The notes: generated by a model from the sequence alone, not told the origin. A stretch of 64,000 bases of DNA from an uncultured delta proteobacterium (GCA_963767925.1 CAVYGB010000008.1:2816001-2880000), one strand, 5' to 3'. Counted from the first letter of the stretch, positions 52,888 to 63,482 are shown. Program-made: numbers and translations.

Positions 52888-52906
52888 GAAAAACAATGTC
52901 ACTTTC
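52888..52906 (-). promoter_or_regulatory. Fur-box-like site upstream of fur (site 3, possibly autoregulatory)
   Basis: Minus strand GAAAGTGACATTGTTTTTC, 12/19 match, in an AT-rich patch. Confidence 0.55.
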
Positions 52907-53001
52907 ATCATCAGATCTGCACCGGGCCGAGGAGAGATGTCAAGGCCTGCGACGGGCTGGGGTTGCGCGCGATCGCGGGATTCGCCTGCTGACCGGCGGG
53001 G

Positions 53002-53031
53002 ACGGGGACGGGGACGCGGACGGGGACGCGT
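53002..53031. repeat. Intergenic hexamer repeat (ACGGGG-like) x5
   Basis: ACG at 53002, 53008, 53014, 53020 and 53026. Confidence 0.65.
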
Positions 53032-53050
53032 CGGACGAGGGGGGAGATGG

Positions 53051-54439
53051 TCAGGGGGTGGGGTCGTTGTGGAAGGGGAGGATCCAGGCGGGGGGGAGCT
53101 GGTCGGCGGCCAGGTCGATCTCGGGATCGACGAGGGGGCGGAGGGGGCGGCCGTTGAGGCTGACCAGGACTTCGGCGTGGACGGCCACGCCGGGGCCTTC
53201 CTTCCGGGCCAGGGCGCGGGCGAAGTCCCGGATCAGGTCGGGCTGGGTGGACATCATCTTGATCTGCAGGGGGGTCAGGTGGTCGCGCAGGCGCACCGGG
53301 CGGCGCTTGCCCGTGCGCCGATCCCGCAGGGTGAAGTCGGCTACCCCCGTCTTCTCCATCAACATGACGTGCCAGGAGAAGCGGTAACCCTGCTCGCTCC
53401 ACAACACGTGGCCGGGGTACAGGTGCTGGCGCAGCGGGAAGAGGGTCTGGAACAGGACGTAAACCAGCAGGGCCGCCGTCGCGAGCCGGCCGAGCGGCGG
53501 CGCCTGTGAGGCCGGGCGGGGCGATGGGGGCACGCGCGGCAGACGAAGCAGGCGAAGCAGGCGGCGGGGCCAGTCGGGCGAGAGGAACAGCAGCGAGCAG
53601 CCGATCATGAAGAAGGGGAACATGCCCAGGCGGAACAGGCGGACGGTCAGCAGGTGGAAGGCCACCGCGGCGATGAGGGCGAAGGGGCGCGAGCGGCGCC
53701 AGAGCAGCAGGAACGGCACGAAGGTGTCGAAGGCGGCGCCGGCCCAGCTCGCGAGGTGCGCGGTCTCGGGGCGCATGAGCAGGGGGCCGAGCAGGGGAAA
53801 GTCGCCGTTGGTGGGCAGCCAGATCCGCAGGGGCAAGGCCTGCAGCAGCCAGTCGCTGCGCCACTTCGCCACGCCGGCGAAGAAGTAGACGCACCCGACC
53901 TGGAAGCGGAGCAGCCCCAGGGTCCAGGCCGGGACGGTGGGCTCGACGCCTCCGCGGCGGAGGGCGTCGAGCGACCAGATGCGCGCGCTCGGCACCACCG
54001 CCAGCAGGGCGGTGAGCAGGGTGACGAGGTAATAGTGGTTGAGGTAGTGGGTCAGGTCGGAGAAGTGTGCGTAGCTGAACAGCAGGCAGAACAGGCCCGC
54101 CGCCGGTCGGGCAAACAGGCCAACCATGAGGCAGGTGGCCAGCAGGCTCAGCAGGCCGAACAGCAGGTACATCGCCGGGGGTGACAAGGGCGCCAGCCCG
54201 GACCACAAGGGGAAGAAGAAGGTCGGATCGACGAAGGCCTCGCGGATCATCCCCTTGGCGGCGTAGCGAATCACCGCCACCAGCAGCAGCGCCCCGAACA
54301 CGACGCGGAAGGCGGCCAGCCCGGCCGCGTCCACCGGCGCGGCCAGACGCCGCCGGAGGCGCAGGAGTCGGCCCGCTCCGGCTCGCGGAGGGTCAGTCCC
54401 CGTCGTTGTCGGAGAAGCCGATGCTGACGCCAAGGGCAT
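53051..54439 (-). CDS. HTTM-domain protein (vitamin K-dependent gamma-carboxylase homolog)
   Basis: LAAFRVVFG, YLNHYYL, VYFFAGVAKW, YRFSWHVML, MSTQPDLI and VSLNGR; multiple TM helices. Confidence 0.9.
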   Translation of the reverse strand: MPLASASASPTTTGTDPPRAGAGRLLRLRRRLAAPVDAAGLAAFRVVFGALLLVAVIRYAAKGMIREAFVDPTFFFPLWSGLAPLSPPAMYLLFGLLSLLATCLMVGLFARPAAGLFCLLFSYAHFSDLTHYLNHYYLVTLLTALLAVVPSARIWSLDALRRGGVEPTVPAWTLGLLRFQVGCVYFFAGVAKWRSDWLLQALPLRIWLPTNGDFPLLGPLLMRPETAHLASWAGAAFDTFVPFLLLWRRSRPFALIAAVAFHLLTVRLFRLGMFPFFMIGCSLLFLSPDWPRRLLRLLRLPRVPPSPRPASQAPPLGRLATAALLVYVLFQTLFPLRQHLYPGHVLWSEQGYRFSWHVMLMEKTGVADFTLRDRRTGKRRPVRLRDHLTPLQIKMMSTQPDLIRDFARALARKEGPGVAVHAEVLVSLNGRPLRPLVDPEIDLAADQLPPAWILPFHNDPTP

Positions 54440-55562
54440 TGAACACCCCGGTGGCCAGCGCGGCCTTCACCAGGCGGAGGGCAGCGATGGCCCGCACCAC
54501 CGGCTCCGACTCGGCGCCGGCGGTCCGCACCGGCCGGGGCACGGCCCCGACCAGCTCCCGCGCCGTGGCCAGCGTCCGGAGCATCTGGGTGTCGGCGTTG
54601 GCGTTCATGTCGCGCACGGCGTCCGCCACCGAGACCACCGCCACGACATCGGGCCGGGCCCGGGGCCGCCCGGTGTAGAGCGCCTCCAGGCCGGCGAGGT
54701 CCTCGAGAATGTCGGGCACCACCTGGTCGCTGCGCGTGGCGACGGGCAGGCCGACCTTGGTGGTCATCCCGCCGGTGGCCAGCCGGAGCACGTCGATGGT
54801 GCGGTCGGCGATGGCCAGCGATTTGTTGAGGAGGGCGTTGAGGGCGTCGCGCTCGAGCGCGAACTGGGTGCTGCCCCGCCCCGCCCGGGCCAGCTCCTGC
54901 CCGAACTGCGCCCGCCAGCCCTCGACCACCGCGCCGAGCTTGGCGTCGAGATCGCCGCCGAGGAGCCCGAGGTAGAGCGCCCGCCGCGGTCCCTGTGGCC
55001 CGGCGAAGGTCTGGGCGGTGGCCTCGGGGGTGGCGTCGGCCGGCTCGAACAGGAGGTATTCGATGGCCAGGAAGCCCCGCTGGTTGGCCCCCAGGCTGCG
55101 CACCGCCGTGGCGTCTAGCGGGGTGGCGGCGGCCAGCAGGCGCTCCAGCCGGGCGGCGTCGGTCGGCTCGTCGATGATCCCGCTGGTCACGCCGAGGTCG
55201 TCGGCGGGGCCGATGCCGTAGGCGTTGGTGCGGCGCCAGAGCGCGCGGGTGGCCCGCCAGGTTTCCCGGGCGGCGGCGATGTTCTCCGCGGTCGGCGCCC
55301 CCGCCGCGCTGGTCAGGGCGGCGGCCAGCTCGGCCGAGCCGGTCTTCAACGCCTCGTAGTCGGGCAGCGCCACCACCCGCACCAGCTCGGCCAGCACGAC
55401 CTGGCGATCGGGGCGGGCCGCGGGCGGCCCCTCGACGGCGGCGGCGTCCGGCGTCTGCGCGGGTGCGCCGTCCACCTCGGCCGGCGCGGGCGCCGGCTTG
55501 CGCTCGCAGGTGGCGAGCACCGGGAGCAACAGGAGCAGCAGACCGGTCCGCGTCGTCGACAT
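54393..55562 (-). CDS. Imelysin-family lipoprotein lacking the GxHxxE histidine
   Basis: Lipobox LATC, ARETWRATR and QRGFLAIEYLLF; C-terminal IGFSDNDGD. Confidence 0.85.
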   Translation of the reverse strand: MSTTRTGLLLLLLPVLATCERKPAPAPAEVDGAPAQTPDAAAVEGPPAARPDRQVVLAELVRVVALPDYEALKTGSAELAAALTSAAGAPTAENIAAARETWRATRALWRRTNAYGIGPADDLGVTSGIIDEPTDAARLERLLAAATPLDATAVRSLGANQRGFLAIEYLLFEPADATPEATAQTFAGPQGPRRALYLGLLGGDLDAKLGAVVEGWRAQFGQELARAGRGSTQFALERDALNALLNKSLAIADRTIDVLRLATGGMTTKVGLPVATRSDQVVPDILEDLAGLEALYTGRPRARPDVVAVVSVADAVRDMNANADTQMLRTLATARELVGAVPRPVRTAGAESEPVVRAIAALRLVKAALATGVFNALGVSIGFSDNDGD

Positions 55563-57059
55563 CACAGGGAATCCAGGAACATGATGAGCGCCTCCCGATC
55601 GGGCTTGGGCAACTGCTTGTAGGCCTCGCGGCTGCGTTCGGCCTCGCCGCCGTGCCACAAGATAGCCTCGGAGAAGCCCCGCGCGCGACCATCGTGCAGC
55701 AGATAGCGGTGGCGGTTGACCGCCTGCACGAGGCCGAGCCCCCACAGGGGTGGGGTCCGCCACTCGCTGCCCGAGGCCTGGAAGTCGGGTCGCCCGTCGG
55801 CGAGGTCGGGGCCCAGGTCGTGCAGGAGAAGATCGCTGAACGGCCGGATGGTCTGGCCAGACAGCTCGGGCAGCTCGGGGTGGGTCCCGGTCTTCAGCAC
55901 CGGCGTGTGGCAACCCGTGCATCCCAGCTCGGCGAAGACGACCTTGCCCCGCCGGACCTCGGGCACCATGGTGCGGCGACGGCCCGGGACGGCCAGCGTC
56001 GACACGTACGACACGACCGACTTCAGGAAGGACTCGCTGAGCTGCGGCGCCTCGTTGCCCGGCTCCGCGGTGGGGGCGGCCTGGCAGGCCTCCTGGGTGG
56101 AGGTGCAGCTCTCGGCCGGGAACATCGCGGAGGTGATGCCGATGTCGCCGTTGAATGCCCCCGCGGTCTGCTGGCGCAGGTTGGGCTGGTTGGCCTTCCA
56201 GCCGAAACGGCCGAGGGCCGGGCGCTGGTTCTCCTGGTCCCACACCAGGTTGGGGCGCCCCGAGATGCCGTCGCCGTCGAGGTCGTCGGGATCGGCGCGG
56301 GCGAGCAGGGTCTCCTCGGGCACCGCCTCGAGCAAGCCCAGCCCGACCAGGTGCGCGCCCACCCGCGGAGAGATCATCACGTCGGGGGCCAGCGGGCCGT
56401 AGCCCAGGCTCTCCACGGTGTAGCTCGGTTTGCGCAGCGAATACGGCTCGCCGTCGGCGAAGCTGCCCGGCACCTCCTGGTAGGCCACCCGGCCCCGGCC
56501 TTCGCCCGGAACGCCGGGGATCGAGGCCCCCTGGAGCTGCCCGCCATAGCTCGGCTCGGGCAGCGGGGCCGCCGTGCGAGTCGGCGCCAGGCACCGACAG
56601 GCGGAGCAACATCGAGCTGAAGTTCTCGTCCGGCCGATCGGGGGGCCGGCCCCGGCCGTCCCGGATGTGACAGGCCGAGCAGTTCGTCGCGTTGAAGACC
56701 GGCCCCAGCCCGTCCATGCCGGTCACCGAGGCAGGGGCGATGATCCAGCCCCGGTTGAAGATGGCGTTGCCCACGAAGAACTCGTCTTCGTGCTCGGGCG
56801 TGAGGGTCGGGACGGCCTGGGAGAAGGCCTTGCTGCCCGTGTCGAACACGGTCGCCGCACCGCCAGAGAAGGCCTCGCCGGGATCCTCCAGCCAGGAGTC
56901 CGAGCCGGTGTCGGCCGGCTGGGCGTCCGCCTCCAGCGCGTCGGGCGGGTCGGACACTGCGGCATCGAGGAGCGGCGGGTCGCCCGGGGGCGACCCGCCT
57001 TCTCCACACGCCGACGCCGTGAGGACCAGACCTGCGACGAGCGTGGCGGCGATGCGCAT
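55562..57059 (-). pseudogene. Di-heme oxidoreductase (DHOR) lipoprotein with a +1 frameshift at 56565-56568
   Basis: GLGPVFNATNCSACH in one frame; GLGLLEAVP, GRFGWKA, CTGCH, WRTPPLWG and YLLHDGRA in another. Removing one G restores HGGPLPEPSYGGQLQ; may be a sequencing error. Confidence 0.85.
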
Positions 57060-57081
57060 CAGGATGGGCGTCGAGCGCCGC

Positions 57082-58470
<1,389 letters not shown>

Positions 58471-58572
58471 TGGCAAGAACCTCATCTGGATATTGGTGGC
58501 ACGGGGCGCTGGGGCCTCTGACCTCCGACCTGTGTTGATGTACGTGGATCTACGTAGAGCCACGCCCGGATC

Positions 58573-58600
58573 GAATATGACGTTCATTTTCAGTTGTCAA
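58573..58600 (-). promoter_or_regulatory. Fur box plus -35 (site 4), imelysin operon promoter
   Basis: Minus strand TTGACA-N3-GAAAATGAACGTCATATTC, 13/19 match. Confidence 0.78.
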
Positions 58601-58632
58601 GCTGCTGAAACAGCGCCGTCTCGCGATCCCCG

Positions 58633-58678
58633 TTGCCAGCGAGGCCCTGCGCCGTTATGGTCTTGAAAGTTACTTTCA
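58633..58678 (+). promoter_or_regulatory. bfd promoter with a 7-1-7 Fur-box-like palindrome (site 5)
   Basis: TTGCCA-N17-TATGGT followed by the perfect palindrome TGAAAGT-T-ACTTTCA (58664-58678). Confidence 0.72.
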
Positions 58679-58703
58679 TGAAACCGACGGGGCCGGTCCG
58701 GGG

Positions 58704-58928
58704 ATGATCGTCTGTGTCTGTCGCGCGGTCGGCGAGCGGCAGCTCCGCGCCGTGGTGGAGCGCGGCGCCTGCACGCTCGAGGCGGTGGAGCGGGCCTGCG
58801 GAGCCGGCGGCGACTGTGGCACCTGCCAGCCCGAGATCGTGGCCCTCATCGTGCGGCACGGGCAGCCGGCGGCCGCCCGCTTCTCGGTAGTGGCGCCGCC
58901 CGCGGAGGGTCCGCGGGCCAGCGAGTGA
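58704..58928 (+). CDS. bfd: Bacterioferritin-associated ferredoxin (2Fe-2S)
   Basis: MIVCVCRAV...GAGGDCGTC. Confidence 0.9.
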   Translation: MIVCVCRAVGERQLRAVVERGACTLEAVERACGAGGDCGTCQPEIVALIVRHGQPAAARFSVVAPPAEGPRASE

Positions 58929-58986
58929 GCGGGCGCCGGCGCGCCTGCGGTTGCGCTCCCGGCTTGCCTCTCGATTACGCCCTCGC

Positions 58987-59757
58987 CTATTTGGCGGCGG
59001 GCGCGGCGGCGGCGCGGGCGGGCGGCTTCGGGGCGGGCGGTGAAGGGAGGCCGCTCGGCCTGACGAAAGACAGCGTGGTGGTGTAGCTCGCCAGGTCGTA
59101 CTTCTCCTCGGGCTTGCCGGCGGCGGCGGGGCGCTGGCCCGGGGTGTTGTCGACGTGGCGGATGGCCACGAGGTACGACCCCTTCCAGGGCAGGTTGAAG
59201 CTGATCTTGCCCTGCTCGTCGGTGTGGCCCTCCTGGCCCCAGCCCGAGGCGGCCTTGATGCCGATCTCGGCCTTCGGCAGCGGCTGGCCCCGGAAGACCA
59301 CCTGGAACTCGCCCACCTTGCCGGTGGGCACCACGTCGAGGGTGAGCTTGGGCTGCTGGGCGGTGAAGTCGGTGATGTAGCGGGCGGCCGGGCTCCAGAA
59401 GGTGCGGGTGGTCTTCTCGCCGGCCTTGCGCTCGATCACCGGGTAGTTCGGCTCCTGCACCACCAGCGTCTCGCCCTTCTTGATGCGGGCCTCGCTGGAG
59501 AAGCTGCTGGCGGTCTTCGCCAGGGTGACCGGCTGCTCGCCCTTGCCGGTGAGGTGGGTGCCGGTCGGGCCGGGGAACTTGTCGAGGTAGCCGGGCGACG
59601 ACTCGCGCACGTTCTCGGCGAACTCGCCGAAGTACAGCTTGGCGCCGGCCTTGTCCTGCTCGAGCCAGATCTGGTGGGCCGGCGCGGCGGCGGGTCCGAG
59701 CAGGACGAGGGTGGCGGCCAGCAGGCCGAGAGGTCGGGTGAGGTGGGTCTTGTTCAT
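58987..59757 (-). CDS. DUF4198 family periplasmic protein
   Basis: Signal peptide then AHQIWLE, LYFGEF, VVFRGQPL and TDEQG. Confidence 0.8.
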   Translation of the reverse strand: MNKTHLTRPLGLLAATLVLLGPAAAPAHQIWLEQDKAGAKLYFGEFAENVRESSPGYLDKFPGPTGTHLTGKGEQPVTLAKTASSFSSEARIKKGETLVVQEPNYPVIERKAGEKTTRTFWSPAARYITDFTAQQPKLTLDVVPTGKVGEFQVVFRGQPLPKAEIGIKAASGWGQEGHTDEQGKISFNLPWKGSYLVAIRHVDNTPGQRPAAAGKPEEKYDLASYTTTLSFVRPSGLPSPPAPKPPARAAAAPAAK

Positions 59758-59807
59758 GGTGGTCTTGCCTCCTGGGTCGAGTCTCGGCGCCGGTCGGGCG
59801 GAGCCCG

Positions 59808-60866
59808 TCAGCGGCGCGCGGTTGCGAGGGGCGCGCCGGGTCCGGACTCCCAGCTCGCGCGGATGATCTCTTCGACGCGGCGGCGGCGGGCGGTCACGTC
59901 GGGGGAGCCGACGACGGCGGCGTCTTCGGCCAGGGCGAAGATGCCCGCGTGCTGGGTGGTGCCGTCCACCCCCCGGCGCAGGGCCAGGCGGGGGCCGGCC
60001 GCGGCCACCTTCTTCCAGACCTCGCGCACGTCCCGCCAGAAGGTCTCGGTCCGGCTCCAGTAGTCGCGGGCCACCTGGAAGTCACGGGCCCGGGTACGCT
60101 GGTAGGTGTTGACCCCGTGCTCGCGCACCAGCGCGCGGGGGGCCCCGCGCAGGATCACCTTCGTGCTGTCTTGCTCGTGGCCCCAGCCGGTCGGGGTGAT
60201 GACGTGGCGGTTGAACCCGATGATGACGTCGTAGTCGCTGCGGGTCGTGTATTCGCGGCGGGGCAAGGGGCGCCAGGTCTCGTTGGAGGTCCACGAGGAG
60301 GTGCCGGCCATGTGTTGCCAGCGGCCCCAGCCCTCGTAGCGGGGAGCGTCGTTGACCTCGAAGACCGCCTGGCTCCACGCGCAGCGGACCTGCTCGCCGG
60401 GCAAGCGTTTCACCTCCCAGGTGCCGTCGCCGCGGAACTCGAGCAGCTCGGTGTCCTCGAAGACCCAGTCCTGGCGCCAGTGCTTGATCACCCGCGCCTC
60501 GGCGGGGGGGCCCACCACCAGCAGGTGCTGGAGCGCGATGCGGGTCGGGGACTCCTCGGCCACCACCACCAGCTCGTGCCCGTCGACCAGATAGGTGTCG
60601 CGGGGCTTGTACCCGGCCTGCAGGGCCAGGTTCTCCTGGAAGGAGAAGCGCACCTCGTATTCGCCGGTCATGGCGAGGATCGCGGCCCGGTCGCGGGCGG
60701 GGTCGCAGGTGGCGGGGGCAGCCGGCGTGCCGGGGGGCAACGTGAAGGCGGACTGCACCGAGGCGCTGCTACAGGCGGCCGTGAGGACGACGGCGATCAG
60801 GGGGAGCCACGCGGGCGCACCAGCCGCGTCCGGCCGGCTGGTCGATCTGGGGGGGACTGCGGTCAC
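59808..60866 (-). CDS. DUF6607-like lipoprotein
   Basis: Lipobox LTAAC, DRAAILAMTGEY, LQHLLV, KHWRQDW, WRPLPRREY and GWGHEQD. Confidence 0.75.
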   Translation of the reverse strand: MTAVPPRSTSRPDAAGAPAWLPLIAVVLTAACSSASVQSAFTLPPGTPAAPATCDPARDRAAILAMTGEYEVRFSFQENLALQAGYKPRDTYLVDGHELVVVAEESPTRIALQHLLVVGPPAEARVIKHWRQDWVFEDTELLEFRGDGTWEVKRLPGEQVRCAWSQAVFEVNDAPRYEGWGRWQHMAGTSSWTSNETWRPLPRREYTTRSDYDVIIGFNRHVITPTGWGHEQDSTKVILRGAPRALVREHGVNTYQRTRARDFQVARDYWSRTETFWRDVREVWKKVAAAGPRLALRRGVDGTTQHAGIFALAEDAAVVGSPDVTARRRRVEEIIRASWESGPGAPLATARR

Positions 60867-60880
60867 CGTCTGCCTCGATT

Positions 60881-60899
60881 GATTATGATAGTCAGTTTC
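60881..60899. promoter_or_regulatory. Fur box (site 6)
   Basis: GATTATGATAGTCAGTTTC, 15/19 match, 15 bp upstream of the DUF6607 start. Confidence 0.78.
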
Positions 60900-60922
60900 A
60901 TCAGACACACAAGGGCTATCGC

Positions 60923-61115
60923 GCGGTCGAGCTGTTCGATCCGCCGGCGCCTGCGCCGGCGCCGCCCCCCCCCATCCCCCGCCGCCGGAGCCGCCCGCCC
61001 CGCCGCCTCCCGCGCCCGGATGAAGGCGGCGCTGGCCCCTGCCCCGGCCCAGGCCGCCGAGGTGGTGGCGAAGGAGCCAGCCGCCGAGGAGCCGCTCGAT
61101 CTGACCTCGTCCTCT
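60923..61115 (+). pseudogene. Probable TonB-like gene relic (Pro-rich spacer fragment)
   Basis: AVELFDPPAPAPAPPP / PPPPEPPAPPPPAP / KAALAPAPAQAAEVVAKEPAAEEPLDLT across shifting frames, with no TM anchor or C-terminal domain. Confidence 0.45.
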
Positions 61116-61200
61116 CCCCACGCCGCAGACGTCCGCGGGGAGAGGGCAACCGGGCAGCGGGGTTGCCTGCTCACCGCTTGCCGATCGCCAGCGCTCGATC

Positions 61201-61578
61201 TCAGGCAGGCGGCGCGACGATGGCGGCGCCCTCGGTCCGGGGGCGCTCGAAGTAGCCGGGGAAGGCCAGCGCCAGCCCCTGGGCGATGGCCCCGAACCAG
61301 AGCGCGGTCAGCAGACCGGTCATCAACACCTTGCCCCAGCGGCTCGCGTCGGTCACCCGGTTCCGCCACAGCCACCGGTGGATCAGCCGGGCCACGAGGA
61401 AGATGGTGCCCAGCCAGAGCAGCAGCCCCGCCACCGCCACCACGGGAAACACCGCCCGCGCGTAGCGCAGGCAGAGGGTCGCCGCGATCCAGGTGAAGGC
61501 CAGCACGAACAGCGGCGATCCCAGGGTCGCGACGACCTCGGCGAGCCGGCGTGCAGTACCGGCACGAGCAGGTTCCAT
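61201..61578 (-). CDS. Small membrane protein (about 3 TM helices)
   Basis: Three hydrophobic segments and GC3-rich codons. Confidence 0.6.
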   Translation of the reverse strand: MEPARAGTARRLAEVVATLGSPLFVLAFTWIAATLCLRYARAVFPVVAVAGLLLWLGTIFLVARLIHRWLWRNRVTDASRWGKVLMTGLLTALWFGAIAQGLALAFPGYFERPRTEGAAIVAPPA

Positions 61579-61844
61579 CGGCCGCGCAGCATGACACGCG
61601 CGCCCCCCCCGCGGGGAGCCACCGCGATCAGGGGGCCGCCGGCCGGCGCCGGCCGAGGCCCCCGACGTCCTGGGCCAATGGGAGACCAGACTCATCTTCG
61701 CGGCTTTGTCGGGCCGTCTCGGGCCCGGCCCCGCCGGCAGAGGTTCGCATTTCGAGCAGCCCAGATCTCCCCCCCCGGCGCCGACGCGAACATTTGCGAG
61801 ACAGAGTACGTTCTTGCCGCTCTATGACCTGCGGGATGGCGGGC

Positions 61845-62678
61845 TCAGCGGCGGACGTCGACGTCCTTGTCGGTGAAGCGGTAACCCAGCCCGCGCACCG
61901 TCTCGATCAGGCGGCCGGCGGGGCCCAGCTTGTCGCGCAGGCGCTTGATGCAGACGTCCACCGTGCGGCTGCTGACGCTGGGCTGGTATCCCCAGACGGA
62001 GGTGAGCAGCAGCTTGCGCGAGCAGAGGAACCCCTGCGACTGGCAAAAATAGATGAGGAGCTGCATCTCCATCGCCGACAGGGGCACCTCCTGGCCGTTC
62101 ACGTAGGCGTGGCACCCGTCGACGTCGACCTGCAGCGGGCCAAAAGAGAACGAGCGCCGCGGGCGAGGCTCGGCCCCGGCGCTGGCGCTCAAGCCGGCCG
62201 GCGCGGTCAGCCCCAGGACCGGCAGCGCGCCCGAGGCCCGGGCCCGCAGGCGGGCGTCCATGCGCAGCTTGAGCTCGCGGAAGCTGAAGGGCCGGACCAG
62301 GTAGTCCTCGGCCGCCACCTCGTGGTGGGCGATCCAGTCGATCTCGTCGCTCCACAGGTTCAGCATGAAGAAGATGCTGGGCCGCCGCTGCCCCCCGCTG
62401 GCCTGGATGGCCCGCCAGACCTCGAGGCCGGAGATGCCCGGCAGGGTCAGGTCGAGGAGCACGAGGTCGACCTCGAGCTGGGACCAGATGCGCAGGGCCG
62501 CCTCCCCGGAGTCGACGGCGCAGACCTGGTGGCCCCAGTTCTCGAGGTTCTGACAGAGCAGCTTGCGCTGCTCGGCCTCGTCCTCCACCACCAGCACCCG
62601 ATACCACCCGGCCGTCGCCGCCTTGAGGGTCGTGTCGTCGACAAAGACGTGAGCCGTCGCTTCGCTGCGTGCCGCCAT
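61845..62678 (-). CDS. Orphan OmpR/PhoB-family response regulator with an atypical receiver
   Basis: VLVVEDE, DLVLLDLTLPG and winged helix SRTVDVCIKRLRDKL...IETVRGLGYRF; RPF in place of KPF. Confidence 0.88.
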   Translation of the reverse strand: MAARSEATAHVFVDDTTLKAATAGWYRVLVVEDEAEQRKLLCQNLENWGHQVCAVDSGEAALRIWSQLEVDLVLLDLTLPGISGLEVWRAIQASGGQRRPSIFFMLNLWSDEIDWIAHHEVAAEDYLVRPFSFRELKLRMDARLRARASGALPVLGLTAPAGLSASAGAEPRPRRSFSFGPLQVDVDGCHAYVNGQEVPLSAMEMQLLIYFCQSQGFLCSRKLLLTSVWGYQPSVSSRTVDVCIKRLRDKLGPAGRLIETVRGLGYRFTDKDVDVRR

Positions 62679-62689
62679 GGTGGATGGAT

Positions 62690-62717
62690 GATTATGATTT
62701 TCAATTTCGTTTGTCAA
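62690..62717 (-). promoter_or_regulatory. Fur box plus -35 (site 7)
   Basis: Minus strand TTGACA-N3-GAAATTGAAAATCATAATC, 15/19 match. Confidence 0.82.
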
Positions 62718-62895
62718 GGCACCCGCGCGCCTCGAGCTCCGGCGCGAGGCGATCCAGCCGGCGAGGGTGCCCAGCAGCGCCTCGGCGTCCCGGCGGTGCC
62801 TGGTCGTGGAGGCGAGGCCCCGGCGGGGTAACGGCCCCAGGGCGTACTGGCGCCACCCGACGCCGCCCGGGACGCTCCGCCGTCCGGAATCCACG

Positions 62896-62929
62896 TTGAC
62901 GGCAGATCCCGAAAATGCAATTCATTCTC
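62896..62929 (+). promoter_or_regulatory. Fur box (site 8) upstream of YceI
   Basis: TTGACG at 62896, then GAAAATGCAATTCATTCTC (62911-62929), 14/19 match. Confidence 0.65.
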
Positions 62930-62975
62930 GCTCGTAAGGCCCTCACGCACGTCCACACAACCGGAGGCGATTGCC

Positions 62976-63482
62976 ATGCGTCGAGCCAAAGGAACCATTC
63001 AGGTCTTCACCTTCAAGGAGGGGTTGCTGTCCGCCGTGGCGCACGACCTCCAGATCCAGCTCGAGAAGTTCGACATCACCCTCGACGGAGAGAACGTCAC
63101 CGGCGAGTTCCCCCTGCAGTCGCTCAACCTGGTGGGCCCCGTCGAAGACGGCCAGGTCAAGCCCGACAAATACGACGCCGGCAAGCGGGCCGACGTCCAC
63201 AAGGCGATGAACGAGGACGTCCTCAAGACCAGCAAACACCCCACCGCCCGCTTCAGCGGCCGCGCTGCCCCCAAGGGCGACGGCTACAGCGTCAGCGGCG
63301 AGCTCGAGCTGGGTGGCCAGAAGAATCCCCTGGCCTTCGACGTGGCCAAGAGCGCCACCGGCTACGACGGCGAGTTCGAGATCCAGCCCAGCCGCTGGGG
63401 GGTCGAGCAGTACAAGGCCATGCTCGGCGCCATCCGCCTCAAGGACCAGATCAAGGTCCGCTTCGCCCTCACCGATGCCTGA
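62976..63482 (+). CDS. YceI-like protein
   Basis: FTFKEGLLSAVAHDL, VLKTSKHPTARF, VSGELEL and YKAMLGAIRLKD; RBS GGAGG. Confidence 0.8.
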   Translation: MRRAKGTIQVFTFKEGLLSAVAHDLQIQLEKFDITLDGENVTGEFPLQSLNLVGPVEDGQVKPDKYDAGKRADVHKAMNEDVLKTSKHPTARFSGRAAPKGDGYSVSGELELGGQKNPLAFDVAKSATGYDGEFEIQPSRWGVEQYKAMLGAIRLKDQIKVRFALTDA

